Shown here: positions 38,852 through 47,518 of the stretch, one piece after another
Layout of the letters: every line of letters starts with the position of its first letter
Numbering within the stretch: position 1 is the first letter of the stretch
Virus record (IMG/VR): IMGVR_UViG_3300028821_000038
Location: 98,315 to 162,314 of that record
DNA length: 64,000 bases
Direction: 5' to 3' (one strand)
Source: a virus
Program-made: the position numbers and the translations under genes
The notes under the pieces: generated by a model
Databases searched by the model: none
Told to the model about the DNA's origin: nothing
Seen by the model: only the letters and a program-made list of their open reading frames with translations

Positions 38852-39920
38852 ATGGATCGGGGCGTCCCGCTTCGTTTATAATCTTACTGTCGAAAAGCTG
38901 CAAGCCCATAGCGGGCCTACTCCCAATTGGATGGCGTTCTGGAAAAACGAGGTCGCCCCGGAGCTTCCGGAGTGGTGCGATCCGATTTCATTCCAGGTCA
39001 AAAAGATCGCCGTCCGGGATGCCATCAATGCGTTGAAAGAGGGGAAAAAGCGAGTCAAAAAAGGCATTATTCCGTACTTCAAGCTCCACTTCCGCAGCAG
39101 AAAGAGCCCCGTGCAATCCTGCTTTATTCCTTCAAGCGCCATCAAAGAATCGGGAATCTATCCCAGGGTTTCCGGCAAGGGCCTTCGGTACGCCGAGCCT
39201 TTGCCGGAGTCCCCTATGGACTCCCGCCTGATCTTCCGTGGTGGAAAATTCTACCTTGCCTTACCGAGAAAAGAAGTATGCGCCGTAGCCGAGAACCAAG
39301 GGCGGCGTATCGTCTCTATCGACCCGGGCATCCGTAGTTTTCACACCTTCTACTCCCCAATCGGAGTGGCCGGAAGCATCGGGCGTGACGACTTTTCCCG
39401 TATCGTGCGCCTTGCTCAGCATCTTGACGATCTGCTCTCCAGGACTTCCAAAGCAGGCAAGCAGCGTCGCCGGAGAATGTACCGGGCTGCGGATCGTATG
39501 CGCGAAAAGATTCGTAACCTGATCGACGAGCTACACCACAAGACCGCCCGGTTTTACGTCGATAATTTTGATGTGATTCTGCTGCCGGCCTTCGAGACCT
39601 CGGAGATGGCGCGAAAAGCCACTCGGAAGATTCGCAGCAAGTCGGTCCGGTCTATGATGACCTTCGCGCATTACCGCTTCGCCCAGTTTTTGAAGCATAA
39701 AGCGTTCGAGACCGGAAAAGTCGTTCTAACCGTTACCGAAGAGTACACCTCCAAAACGAATCCATATACTGGAGAGCTGATGACTATCGGTTCCCGCCGC
39801 AGGGTTCGGATCGGTGACGATTGGGTTGATAGAGACCACTTAGGCGCATTCGGGATTTTCCTGAAAGCTTTGGGAGATTTCCCCGACCACTTTCGGGTGG
39901 TCGCAGTTAACGAAAGTTAA
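38334..39920 (+). CDS. tnpB: TnpB RNA-guided nuclease, Fanzor2-like
   Basis: RLYPTKEQ; RuvC-I SIDPG; ILLP.F; VTEEYTSK; DRD; AGGAGG 7 nt before ATG 38334. Confidence 0.9.
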   Translation: MKARSKQSEQNPASVAMMWTPTSGSTPASALSAIAASVVISKKTTSNGRSSSCESDTPKRKLSRTSPRGSTSAAKGLKPYWNPRLGEIASSLWLPTETDLHASASTLLNGLSNAAVAGSWFWTRLSFPRNRNSQKTCSVSYTSSLPGYTDLEVTKTRLNRLYPTKEQRKILLEWIGASRFVYNLTVEKLQAHSGPTPNWMAFWKNEVAPELPEWCDPISFQVKKIAVRDAINALKEGKKRVKKGIIPYFKLHFRSRKSPVQSCFIPSSAIKESGIYPRVSGKGLRYAEPLPESPMDSRLIFRGGKFYLALPRKEVCAVAENQGRRIVSIDPGIRSFHTFYSPIGVAGSIGRDDFSRIVRLAQHLDDLLSRTSKAGKQRRRRMYRAADRMREKIRNLIDELHHKTARFYVDNFDVILLPAFETSEMARKATRKIRSKSVRSMMTFAHYRFAQFLKHKAFETGKVVLTVTEEYTSKTNPYTGELMTIGSRRRVRIGDDWVDRDHLGAFGIFLKALGDFPDHFRVVAVNES

Positions 39921-39940
39921 GAAAAAAGGATCGGACTGAT

Positions 39941-40675
39941 ATGACGGGAGCTGCAAAAGATATAATTAGAATTTCATACAGGCTTGATACACTAAAGCAA
40001 TTCATAGGAAACATCAAGAAAGAGTCATATTTGGCCGCTTTTAGTGATGAGAATTTTTCCGGATTTGTGTTGTACTATGTTGCAGATAAATATTTCGGTG
40101 ATATATATGAGCTTGAGATAGAAACGATAAACATCACAATGGAAAAATACCCCAAAAACAGAGACAAGCTAAAAGCTCTTGTGTCTACTATGCAAAGCGA
40201 TGCTGTATGGACTAATGCTTTTGCTTTTTCTACTGCGGTATCTGCCTTTAATAATCTGGATATAGATCCAACCCTGATCCCTTCGAGAAAACCCGATGAG
40301 TTAGCGTGGGGAATGGCTAATATAGCAGGTCTTGAAGGTGCCATAGGTATGCCATTCAAAACAAAGGTACTTGGTACAATCGCGGCATCCTTAATGGATG
40401 ATGGATGGACTGCACCTCCGCTATTCTTGATGTTCAAAAATGTGAGTGATTACTTTGACAATGATGAGTATATTGAAAATATAAAGCAGACCATAGGCCA
40501 TCTAACCCTAAAGGATATAGTATCCATGAATGATTTTTCAGGACTAGGGATAGATGGAAGGCCAGATCTTAAAAATTATTTAGCCAGAACACAGGAGTAC
40601 GCACATGGGATATTGAAGAAATATAACAAGTTGCAATTTGATTGGGAAACTGCAATTAGTGGCGGCGTTGCATAA
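39941..40675 (+). CDS. hypothetical protein upstream of terminase
   Basis: 244-aa ORF. Confidence 0.7.
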   Translation: MTGAAKDIIRISYRLDTLKQFIGNIKKESYLAAFSDENFSGFVLYYVADKYFGDIYELEIETINITMEKYPKNRDKLKALVSTMQSDAVWTNAFAFSTAVSAFNNLDIDPTLIPSRKPDELAWGMANIAGLEGAIGMPFKTKVLGTIAASLMDDGWTAPPLFLMFKNVSDYFDNDEYIENIKQTIGHLTLKDIVSMNDFSGLGIDGRPDLKNYLARTQEYAHGILKKYNKLQFDWETAISGGVA

Positions 40676-40686
40676 GGAGAATAGGT

Positions 40687-42255
40687 ATGCCTAAGAGGAT
40701 TACCCAGTCACAGTTTGCTCAGGCTACATTGGAACTTAAAGGGAAGCCTTTTGGGTTTACTCTGCACGCGCCCTTTAGGGAGATATACGATTGGCCCAAG
40801 AGGCGAATATTACTCAAGACTGCACGACAGGTTGGGAAATCTACCTTTTTGTCTGCTCATTCTCTTACAAAATGTGCTACCAAAAGTCATAGGAGAGTAT
40901 TTTATGCTTCCACTTCAGAGAAGCAGGCCCGGGAATTTGCCAGGGTAAAACTAAATGAATTGCTTAGCAGAAGTCCAAGAATAAGAAATATTCTTTTAAA
41001 TAAGAGTGTGGGGGATATAAACGATTCCGTTTTTGAGAAGCAATTTTCAAATGGCTCAGGAATCACTGTTTCATATATGAAAGAAAATGCGGACCGAACC
41101 CGCGGGTACTCAGCTGATGATTTGATGCTCGATGAAGTGCAGGATATGGATCCGTCCGAAATTCCGATTGTAGAAGAGATCCTGTCTGCTTCACTGGATC
41201 CTTCCAGGTTTTATACTGGAACCCCTAAGACACTCGATAACCATATTGAGCACAAATGGCAACTATCTACCAAGCACGAAGTATTTTTTAGATGCAAATC
41301 ATGTCGCAAGCTCAATAGTATTGGCTATAGAAATATAGGCAAAAAGGGGCCAATATGCACTAGTTGTGGTGGTCTATTGGATATAGCTGGAGAACATATA
41401 TGGGTGCCAACATATGATAGGACGGGGCCAGAGCCCTACTATCTTGGTGCTAGGGTTCCACAGCCAGCTCTATTGCTACATGCGGGCTTTCCCGAAAAAT
41501 GGAAAGATTTGCTCTTTAAATATGAAACATATGACGAATCAAAATTCTCAAATGAGGTGCTGGGCTTATCTCATAGTACTGGTACTAGATTTCTCACTCT
41601 CGATGACATTATCAACCATTGTAACGGTGAGGTGTGCCTGGACATGCCTACAGAGCGGACATTCCGACTGTATGATATGCTTGTAATGGGAATAGACTGG
41701 TCTGGGGATGGTGTGAGTGAGGTTTCAAGAAATGCTGTTGTCATTTTAGGGAGGAGAGCAGGTGATCCAAAACAGAGATTGCAAGTGGTTTACAAGAAAA
41801 TATTCCCTAGGGGGGATATGCTGAAGATTGTAAAAGACATAGTGATGATTGCCAATTTGTTCAGGGTAAGGGTTGTGGGCGCAGATGCAGGAGAGGGTGC
41901 ACTAAACAACTCGTATATAGCTGATTCACTGGGTGCCCACAGGGTACAGCCCTTTAGATATGGGGCATATGATCTTCCTATTAGAATGTCCAAGGATATG
42001 CGGACAGTATATCTGGATAAGACTAGCGCAATAGATGATATTTTCAAGAAGATTAAAGAGGGGCAATTTATATTTCCCCCATATGAAACATTCAAACAGG
42101 AGACTAGTGATATCTTGGCTGAATTTGAAATGGTTACCAACAGCGGGAGAAAGGTGTATACTCACAGTCCAAACGATCCGGACGACTGGCTTCACGCTTT
42201 GACATTTGCATACAATGCGTACAAGATTGCGGTAGGAGCGGTCAAGTTCTATTAA
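40687..42255 (+). CDS. terL: terminase large subunit
   Basis: Walker A ARQVGKST, Walker B LMLDE, GTP coupling motif, CxxC pairs, nuclease GIDW ... PDDWLHA. Confidence 0.9.
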   Translation: MPKRITQSQFAQATLELKGKPFGFTLHAPFREIYDWPKRRILLKTARQVGKSTFLSAHSLTKCATKSHRRVFYASTSEKQAREFARVKLNELLSRSPRIRNILLNKSVGDINDSVFEKQFSNGSGITVSYMKENADRTRGYSADDLMLDEVQDMDPSEIPIVEEILSASLDPSRFYTGTPKTLDNHIEHKWQLSTKHEVFFRCKSCRKLNSIGYRNIGKKGPICTSCGGLLDIAGEHIWVPTYDRTGPEPYYLGARVPQPALLLHAGFPEKWKDLLFKYETYDESKFSNEVLGLSHSTGTRFLTLDDIINHCNGEVCLDMPTERTFRLYDMLVMGIDWSGDGVSEVSRNAVVILGRRAGDPKQRLQVVYKKIFPRGDMLKIVKDIVMIANLFRVRVVGADAGEGALNNSYIADSLGAHRVQPFRYGAYDLPIRMSKDMRTVYLDKTSAIDDIFKKIKEGQFIFPPYETFKQETSDILAEFEMVTNSGRKVYTHSPNDPDDWLHALTFAYNAYKIAVGAVKFY

Positions 42256-42302
42256 GTGTTGTTTTGATATGCTGCATATATACTTTGAGTTTGGAGGAAT
42301 AT

Positions 42303-43160
42303 ATGGCCAATAAGTAGTATCAGCCATTTATAAAATGGGTAGGCGGCAAGAGAGGATTGCTTGAGCAGTTGCTTCCGTTTTTTCCTTACGGGTTTAATAG
42401 ATACCATGAGCCGTTTGTTGGGGGTGGTGCCGTTTTTTTTGAGTTGTATTCTTGGGGTCTTCTAAAGAATAAAGATGTTTATCTGTCAGATATCAACAGT
42501 GAGCTTGTGAATGCATATCTGGTAGTAAGAGACAAGCCCGATGATCTACTTGAGAAACTAAAGGCACACAAAGAGCAGCACTCTAAAGAGTTCTATTATA
42601 AAATCAGAGAGTTAGACCGGGCTGATGATTTTAAGAACTTGCCTGATGTAGATAGAGCTGCAAGATTTATCTATCTCAATAAAACATGCTTCAATGGCCT
42701 CTACAGAGTAAATAAGAAGGGATACTTCAATACTCCAGTAGGTTCATATAAAAATCCAAATATCGTGGATACTGATACTATTCTAAATGCAAGCGAGGCA
42801 TTGCAGGGGGTACACATAGAGTGTAGAGGGTTTGAAGAGGTGATAAATAATGCAGATAAAGGTGATCTTGTATATCTGGATCCTCCATATTATCCGCTTA
42901 GCACTACATCCAGCTTTACATCATATGATAGTAATTGTTTTCTCGAGGATGAGCAATATAAGCTTTATGAAGTTTTTGATAAATTGTTCACCAAAGGATG
43001 CTATGTAATAGAAAGCAATTCTTACACAGAGTTTATTAAAAGGTTGTATTTTAAGTTTCATATAGAAACAGTATACGCCAATAGAAGCGTCAACTCGAAG
43101 CCCAACAATAGGGGCCCTATTCCAGAGGTGGTGATTGTTGGAGGTATATCATTGGTATAG
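42303..43160 (+). pseudogene. dam: Dam-type DNA adenine methyltransferase with in-frame TAG at codon 5
   Basis: GGAGG RBS; MANK*YQPFIKWVGGKRG; EPFVGGGAV; LNKTCFNGLYRVN; DPPY. Confidence 0.8.
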
Positions 43161-43246
43161 GCTTGAGTTTTATTTGGGAGTGTTTTTTTGGGCGCACAAA
43201 AGTATTTTGTAGATATGCTGCCAACATTGTACAATATTAAAAAAAT

Positions 43247-44077
43247 ATGGAGTACCAGATGAACACTGTCAATAAGAGAAAAAACAACGATTCAAGTGGC
43301 AGATCTGTTATAGCTGCACTTGGGGGGCTTGCTGCTTCGAAAGCCAGCAAGGAAGTACATCACGGTATTATGAGTAGAGGACTCAAAAAATTGCATTTTG
43401 AGGGAGATACCCCTCTGTCAAAAAAAGAGATAGAGGATATTAGAAAGGCTGTCGGGGCAGACCCAAAACTTCCTGTTCTTACAAATAATACCGAGCTTCT
43501 TAATCACCTTATGGATAGTTGGTATAAACAGTTCAGGAAAATTGGCTATGACGAAAAAAAGGCAGAAGCTCTTGCTGAGAAAAACGCAAAAGAAATGTTT
43601 AAGCGGAGTCATGGAGGTCCTCATTATCATAGGCTTTTCGGTTATATCTATCAAGGGGGGGAGGGAGGAAACAGTCCTACCGCTTTGGCTCATGAGTTTA
43701 CACATAGCACATCTCCTACAATAATGAATATTTCGCATATAGCTTCGAGTGTGCTTAAAACCCCCGCTACTATTTATGCTGGATATAAAGCTATTAATGA
43801 TGACAATGGATTAAGCAAAAAAGAGGCAGCTGGGCTTGCTGCCGTAATGGCACCTATGCTTGCAGAAGAAACCAGGGCCAACCATGGTGCGTATAAAGCA
43901 ATGAAAAAATTACACGGAAAGCTAACTTCCGAGATGAAAAACATGCTTCTATTGTCTGAAGGGTCATATGTGCTAGGCGCTACTGCTCCATTCATTGCGT
44001 ATGGTTTAGCCAGAGGAGGAAAGAAGGCTTATGATAAATTTTTTAAAAACGATAAGAAGGGCAGGGAAAAATCTTGA
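43247..44077 (+). CDS. HExxH zinc-metallopeptidase-like membrane protein
   Basis: LAHEFTH plus PMLAEETRAN; hydrophobic helices. Confidence 0.7.
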   Translation: MEYQMNTVNKRKNNDSSGRSVIAALGGLAASKASKEVHHGIMSRGLKKLHFEGDTPLSKKEIEDIRKAVGADPKLPVLTNNTELLNHLMDSWYKQFRKIGYDEKKAEALAEKNAKEMFKRSHGGPHYHRLFGYIYQGGEGGNSPTALAHEFTHSTSPTIMNISHIASSVLKTPATIYAGYKAINDDNGLSKKEAAGLAAVMAPMLAEETRANHGAYKAMKKLHGKLTSEMKNMLLLSEGSYVLGATAPFIAYGLARGGKKAYDKFFKNDKKGREKS

Positions 44078-44898
44078 AAAAAAGAAACAAAAAAGATGAA
44101 GAGTATTTAGATACTGCTGTGACTACAGGTGGGAAGGGGCTTGCTGGATATCTTGCTATGAATGGGGCGAATATGGCTTTTAGTTCCACCAACAAAGGTC
44201 TAGGCCGTATAGGGCAATACGGCACAGGAGTACCAGTTACCGAGTCCGACATACACAAAATAAAAAAGATTGTCGGTGCTAGAGAGGATATGCCTGTATA
44301 TACATCTTCTTCTGAAATATACAACGCCAAAAAAGATGTATTTTATAACAGGGCCAAAAAGATACTTGCAGATGCAGTCAAAAAAGGCAACCCTAAGAGT
44401 ATAATGACCGAGGAAAATTATAAAGGGGTTGCGAAGCAGTTGGCTAAACATGAAGCATCGAATACTCACTATAGCCCATCGTTTGACCATGTGGTGATTT
44501 CCAAGGATTACCATAACGATCCTCTTGCGATAGCGCATGAATTGACTCATTCTACAGCGTCAAAAATCGGAACACGCCTTTACGGTCTGTCTAGGAGGCT
44601 GCATGCTCCGGCAGCACTTTATGCTGGATATAAGGGTGCCAGTGATGATGGTATGGATAAAAAGGATGCGGCAATCGTGGGGGCCGCTGTCTTGCCTATG
44701 CTCGCAGAGGAGACCAGGGCGAATATCAATGGCTACAAAGCAGCAAAAAAGCTATACGGTAAGCTGCCCTCCAAATCATTAGCTACACTTATCGATTCGC
44801 AAGGTAGCTATATGGCATATGGCGCAGTTCCTCTGGCAGCATACGGGCTTGGTAGATTGTTCAATAAAGGTTACCATAAAGCTATGGATGAAAAATGA
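44074..44898 (+). CDS. HExxH zinc-metallopeptidase-like membrane protein (paralog)
   Basis: IAHELTH plus PMLAEETRAN; YAGYK shared with upstream gene. Confidence 0.7.
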   Translation: MKKRNKKDEEYLDTAVTTGGKGLAGYLAMNGANMAFSSTNKGLGRIGQYGTGVPVTESDIHKIKKIVGAREDMPVYTSSSEIYNAKKDVFYNRAKKILADAVKKGNPKSIMTEENYKGVAKQLAKHEASNTHYSPSFDHVVISKDYHNDPLAIAHELTHSTASKIGTRLYGLSRRLHAPAALYAGYKGASDDGMDKKDAAIVGAAVLPMLAEETRANINGYKAAKKLYGKLPSKSLATLIDSQGSYMAYGAVPLAAYGLGRLFNKGYHKAMDEK

Positions 44899-44930
44899 TA
44901 TAATCTTAAAAACCATTTAAGGGGTAAATT

Positions 44931-45173
44931 ATGGCAGTTGAACTTGAAAAAATAGCAAAACTTCTTGAGGACGCATACGATAGGATTTCTGCGCTTGAGC
45001 AGGAGAATGAGAGATTGCAAAGCGGAGTTTCTTTACCAAAAGAGGCAAAACAGGACATTTTTGGGGATAATGACGAGCCTGGTGATATATTTACAATGGG
45101 GCATGTCGCCGAAATACACTCTGAAAATGGTGTGTCTGCTGATGCAAGATTGGATGAATTTTTAGCCGGATAG
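44931..45173 (+). CDS. small acidic KxA protein, possible scaffold
   Basis: MAVELEKIAK, coiled coil, just upstream of head genes. Confidence 0.65.
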   Translation: MAVELEKIAKLLEDAYDRISALEQENERLQSGVSLPKEAKQDIFGDNDEPGDIFTMGHVAEIHSENGVSADARLDEFLAG

Positions 45174-45207
45174 TGTCTTTTTTTTCTTTTGTCTTCCTTG
45201 CCCCATT

Positions 45208-45234
45208 AAAAAAGTACGATTATTCGTACTTTTT
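45208..45234. promoter_or_regulatory. palindrome upstream of the capsid operon (terminator or operator)
   Basis: aaaaagtacga-ttat-tcgtacttttt. Confidence 0.5.
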
Positions 45235-45299
45235 CTATTTATTTAAGTTTTAATATACAATTATTTTGTTTATTAAACAAAAAAATAAAAAGGAAAGAC

Positions 45300-45695
45300 A
45301 TGAAGAATATAGAAATTGTTTGCGGGTACCGCTCGTTCGGACACGAAGATGTCTATGCTTCTGATCCTGCTGTGGTTGTTGTAGAGGGTGATATTATAGA
45401 GCCCTCTGGTGCAAAAGTAACACTGTCTGGCTCCACGGTTCACAAAGAGTGCGGCATTGTTATTGAAAGAAACTATATCAATGGCCAACCCAAAGATAGT
45501 GGGAAGATCCCGGTATATGTTTCCAACTTTGTCGTTAGAACATCAAGATATACTCCCGCTACCTATGCTCCAAATGATCCTATAACTGTTACCGATGGAC
45601 TTCCCGCTAAAGGGACTGTTGGCACGGATGCAATATGGGGTTATGTTGTTGCTGTAAATCAAGATGGAACACTCGATATTAGAGTGAATTACTAA
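45300..45695 (+). CDS. putative capsid decoration protein
   Basis: 131 aa, beta-rich, immediately upstream of the probable MCP. Confidence 0.55.
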   Translation: MKNIEIVCGYRSFGHEDVYASDPAVVVVEGDIIEPSGAKVTLSGSTVHKECGIVIERNYINGQPKDSGKIPVYVSNFVVRTSRYTPATYAPNDPITVTDGLPAKGTVGTDAIWGYVVAVNQDGTLDIRVNY

Positions 45696-45709
45696 GAAGG
45701 AGTTGAGAG

Positions 45710-46645
45710 ATGACTACTGAAACACCAAGTGTAAAACAAACCAATGCGACTTTGGTTAGAAAGATATATCAGTCTCCTGAACTCCTGAAAGAGGCGATGG
45801 AGAACTCTACCTACTTTATTCGTGAGAAAGTCCGTGAACTTGGATTTGCGAGAAAGCTGATAGAGCCTATCTTTGTAACCGCTGCAGACCTCGACAGAAC
45901 TGTTGAAAATGATCAGCCTACCATTATCCTCGAAAAAGATATGGAGGCCAAGGCGTACACTCTCCCGTTCCGTGGACAAGGTGAGAGTAAATACTGGGAA
46001 GGCGATAAATTCCTTATCACATTCCAAAAAGTAGAGTCTGATCACTTCAATAAGTCTAAATTTGAGATGATGAACAGCAAGACCGACTATAAGACGCTTC
46101 TTCAAAAGCGTATAGTTGAAGAGATGTTCAAAACCGAAGATGAGACTATGCTGGCGGCATTTAACAAGGTTATTGCGGATGCAGAAAATACAGCACCCGG
46201 AACACAGTTCCAGCAAGTGACTGGTGGACTCACCAAGACAAACATCAAAATTCTGATTCAGATGCTTTCCAAGCTCAGAATGCTTCCTCCTGCTGGCGGA
46301 CCGAAGCCCAAAATTCTGATGAACCAGACCCTGAAGATGGAACTCATTGAGCTCGGTATGATCGAGATTGGTGATAGCAATGTTGGTAAGTATTGGAATG
46401 AAGGAACAGTGGGTGTAAGCTCTCTGTTTGGAGTACCTGTTGTGGATACCATCAAGAACGATCTTGTAAAAGACGACGAGATGTATATAATTGCACCGCA
46501 GGACTACTTCGGAAGATTCTTTATTCTCCAGGACCACACAATGGTTATCAAGACCGAAGCTGATATGATTAACTTTTGGTCGTATTCTTCCATGGGTCTT
46601 GGACTTGCAAACACAAAAGGCGTTGCAAAGATACAACTGGTATAA
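45710..46645 (+). CDS. probable major capsid protein (HK97-like fold)
   Basis: Strong RBS; C-ending codon bias suggesting high expression; last gene of head operon before a strong terminator; ILMN...LFGVPVV...MGLGLANTKGVAKIQL termini. Confidence 0.7.
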   Translation: MTTETPSVKQTNATLVRKIYQSPELLKEAMENSTYFIREKVRELGFARKLIEPIFVTAADLDRTVENDQPTIILEKDMEAKAYTLPFRGQGESKYWEGDKFLITFQKVESDHFNKSKFEMMNSKTDYKTLLQKRIVEEMFKTEDETMLAAFNKVIADAENTAPGTQFQQVTGGLTKTNIKILIQMLSKLRMLPPAGGPKPKILMNQTLKMELIELGMIEIGDSNVGKYWNEGTVGVSSLFGVPVVDTIKNDLVKDDEMYIIAPQDYFGRFFILQDHTMVIKTEADMINFWSYSSMGLGLANTKGVAKIQLV

Positions 46646-46666
46646 AACACCTATAATCTGGGCTAA

Positions 46667-46705
46667 AATAAGGAAGAGAGATTATTTCTCTCTCCCTTAT
46701 TATTT
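46667..46705. terminator. terminator at convergence of the two gene arms
   Basis: aataaggaagagag-attattt-ctctctcccttatt. Confidence 0.65.
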
Positions 46706-46851
46706 GCAAAAGTCCATTATAAATACTGCGTTCCCACAGTCCCATATTGGAATTTTTGCCTGCTATATAGGAATCTACTATGTCTTGTTTTCCCTATTTT
46801 ATAAGGTGAAATTTGAAGAGATTTTGAATTTCTAAAAGAGAAGAAATTCTT

Positions 46852-47163
46852 TTATAGCCACAATCGTCTACACCTAGCCAATATATAAATTAACCATCGA
46901 AAAATTTTTTTTAGAAAAATATCAGCAGAATTTTTCTTCCTCCATATCTCTGGATCGTATGTCGTCGAGTCTGCAAGCGCCCTTGCAGCAGGGACTCTTT
47001 TCTTTTCACATCCATCAAAACCCGTCCTCTCACATTTGGAATAAGCCTCGATATTTCGCCAATATTCGTAGTATTCTTCTCTACGCATTCTCGCGAGAGT
47101 ATCTTCTTTTGATCTTTCTTTTAAAAATTGATGAATCCTTGACTTTTTTTTCTTATTGGGCAT
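46852..47163 (-). CDS. basic hypothetical protein
   Basis: AAGGAG RBS before MPNKKKK. Confidence 0.6.
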   Translation of the reverse strand: MPNKKKKSRIHQFLKERSKEDTLARMRREEYYEYWRNIEAYSKCERTGFDGCEKKRVPAARALADSTTYDPEIWRKKNSADIFLKKIFRWLIYILARCRRLWL

Positions 47164-47188
47164 TTTATCTCCTTGTAAATTTTTAATT

Positions 47189-47476
47189 TTATCTCTTTTG
47201 AATTTCTTCAAGAGTTATTATAAAATTAATTCGAATGTAAGAGGGCAACCCTTCTAAGCAATGCTCAATATGGTTTAAATCAATATTATATACTAATCCA
47301 TAGAAAGGATAATTTCTATCTGATGCGCACTTTTTCGTTATTGTATCCCAGGTGCTAAGTTTCGGGTCTAGTTTTATGTCTAATCCCGAAACCATTCCAA
47401 TTTTCACCATATCAAACCTATGTAAAATTTTAGTGGCAAGTTCCCTAATTGGTCTTTTTATTCTTATATGAGCCAA
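47189..47476 (-). CDS. hypothetical protein
   Basis: ORF in minus-strand operon; start uncertain. Confidence 0.5.
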   Translation of the reverse strand: MAHIRIKRPIRELATKILHRFDMVKIGMVSGLDIKLDPKLSTWDTITKKCASDRNYPFYGLVYNIDLNHIEHCLEGLPSYIRINFIITLEEIQKR

Positions 47477-47518
47477 CCAAAGTGAAACCGCACCAATTCT
47501 TATAAAAGAACCACAATC

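Larger units (their letters stand above)
38204..39934 (+). mobile_element. IS607-family insertion sequence
   Basis: tnpA serine recombinase plus tnpB; visibly GC-richer than flanks; GG at both ends; related subterminal palindromes ttaacaaatgttaa / ttaacgaaagttaa. Confidence 0.9.

Noticed and set aside
38204-39934. IStron (group I intron-IS607 chimera)
   Set aside because: Only ~60 nt lie between the left end and tnpA, leaving no room for an intron core; the insertion is intergenic
42315-42317. Genome-wide TAG reassignment
   Set aside because: Many genes end at TAG immediately before the next RBS or start, and long ORFs are intact in the standard code
3618-46636. Long antisense ORFs (e.g. 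3618-4289, 24006-24581, 28056-28745, 45692-46636)
   Set aside because: Shadow frames of codon-biased plus-strand genes; no RBS or recognisable motifs
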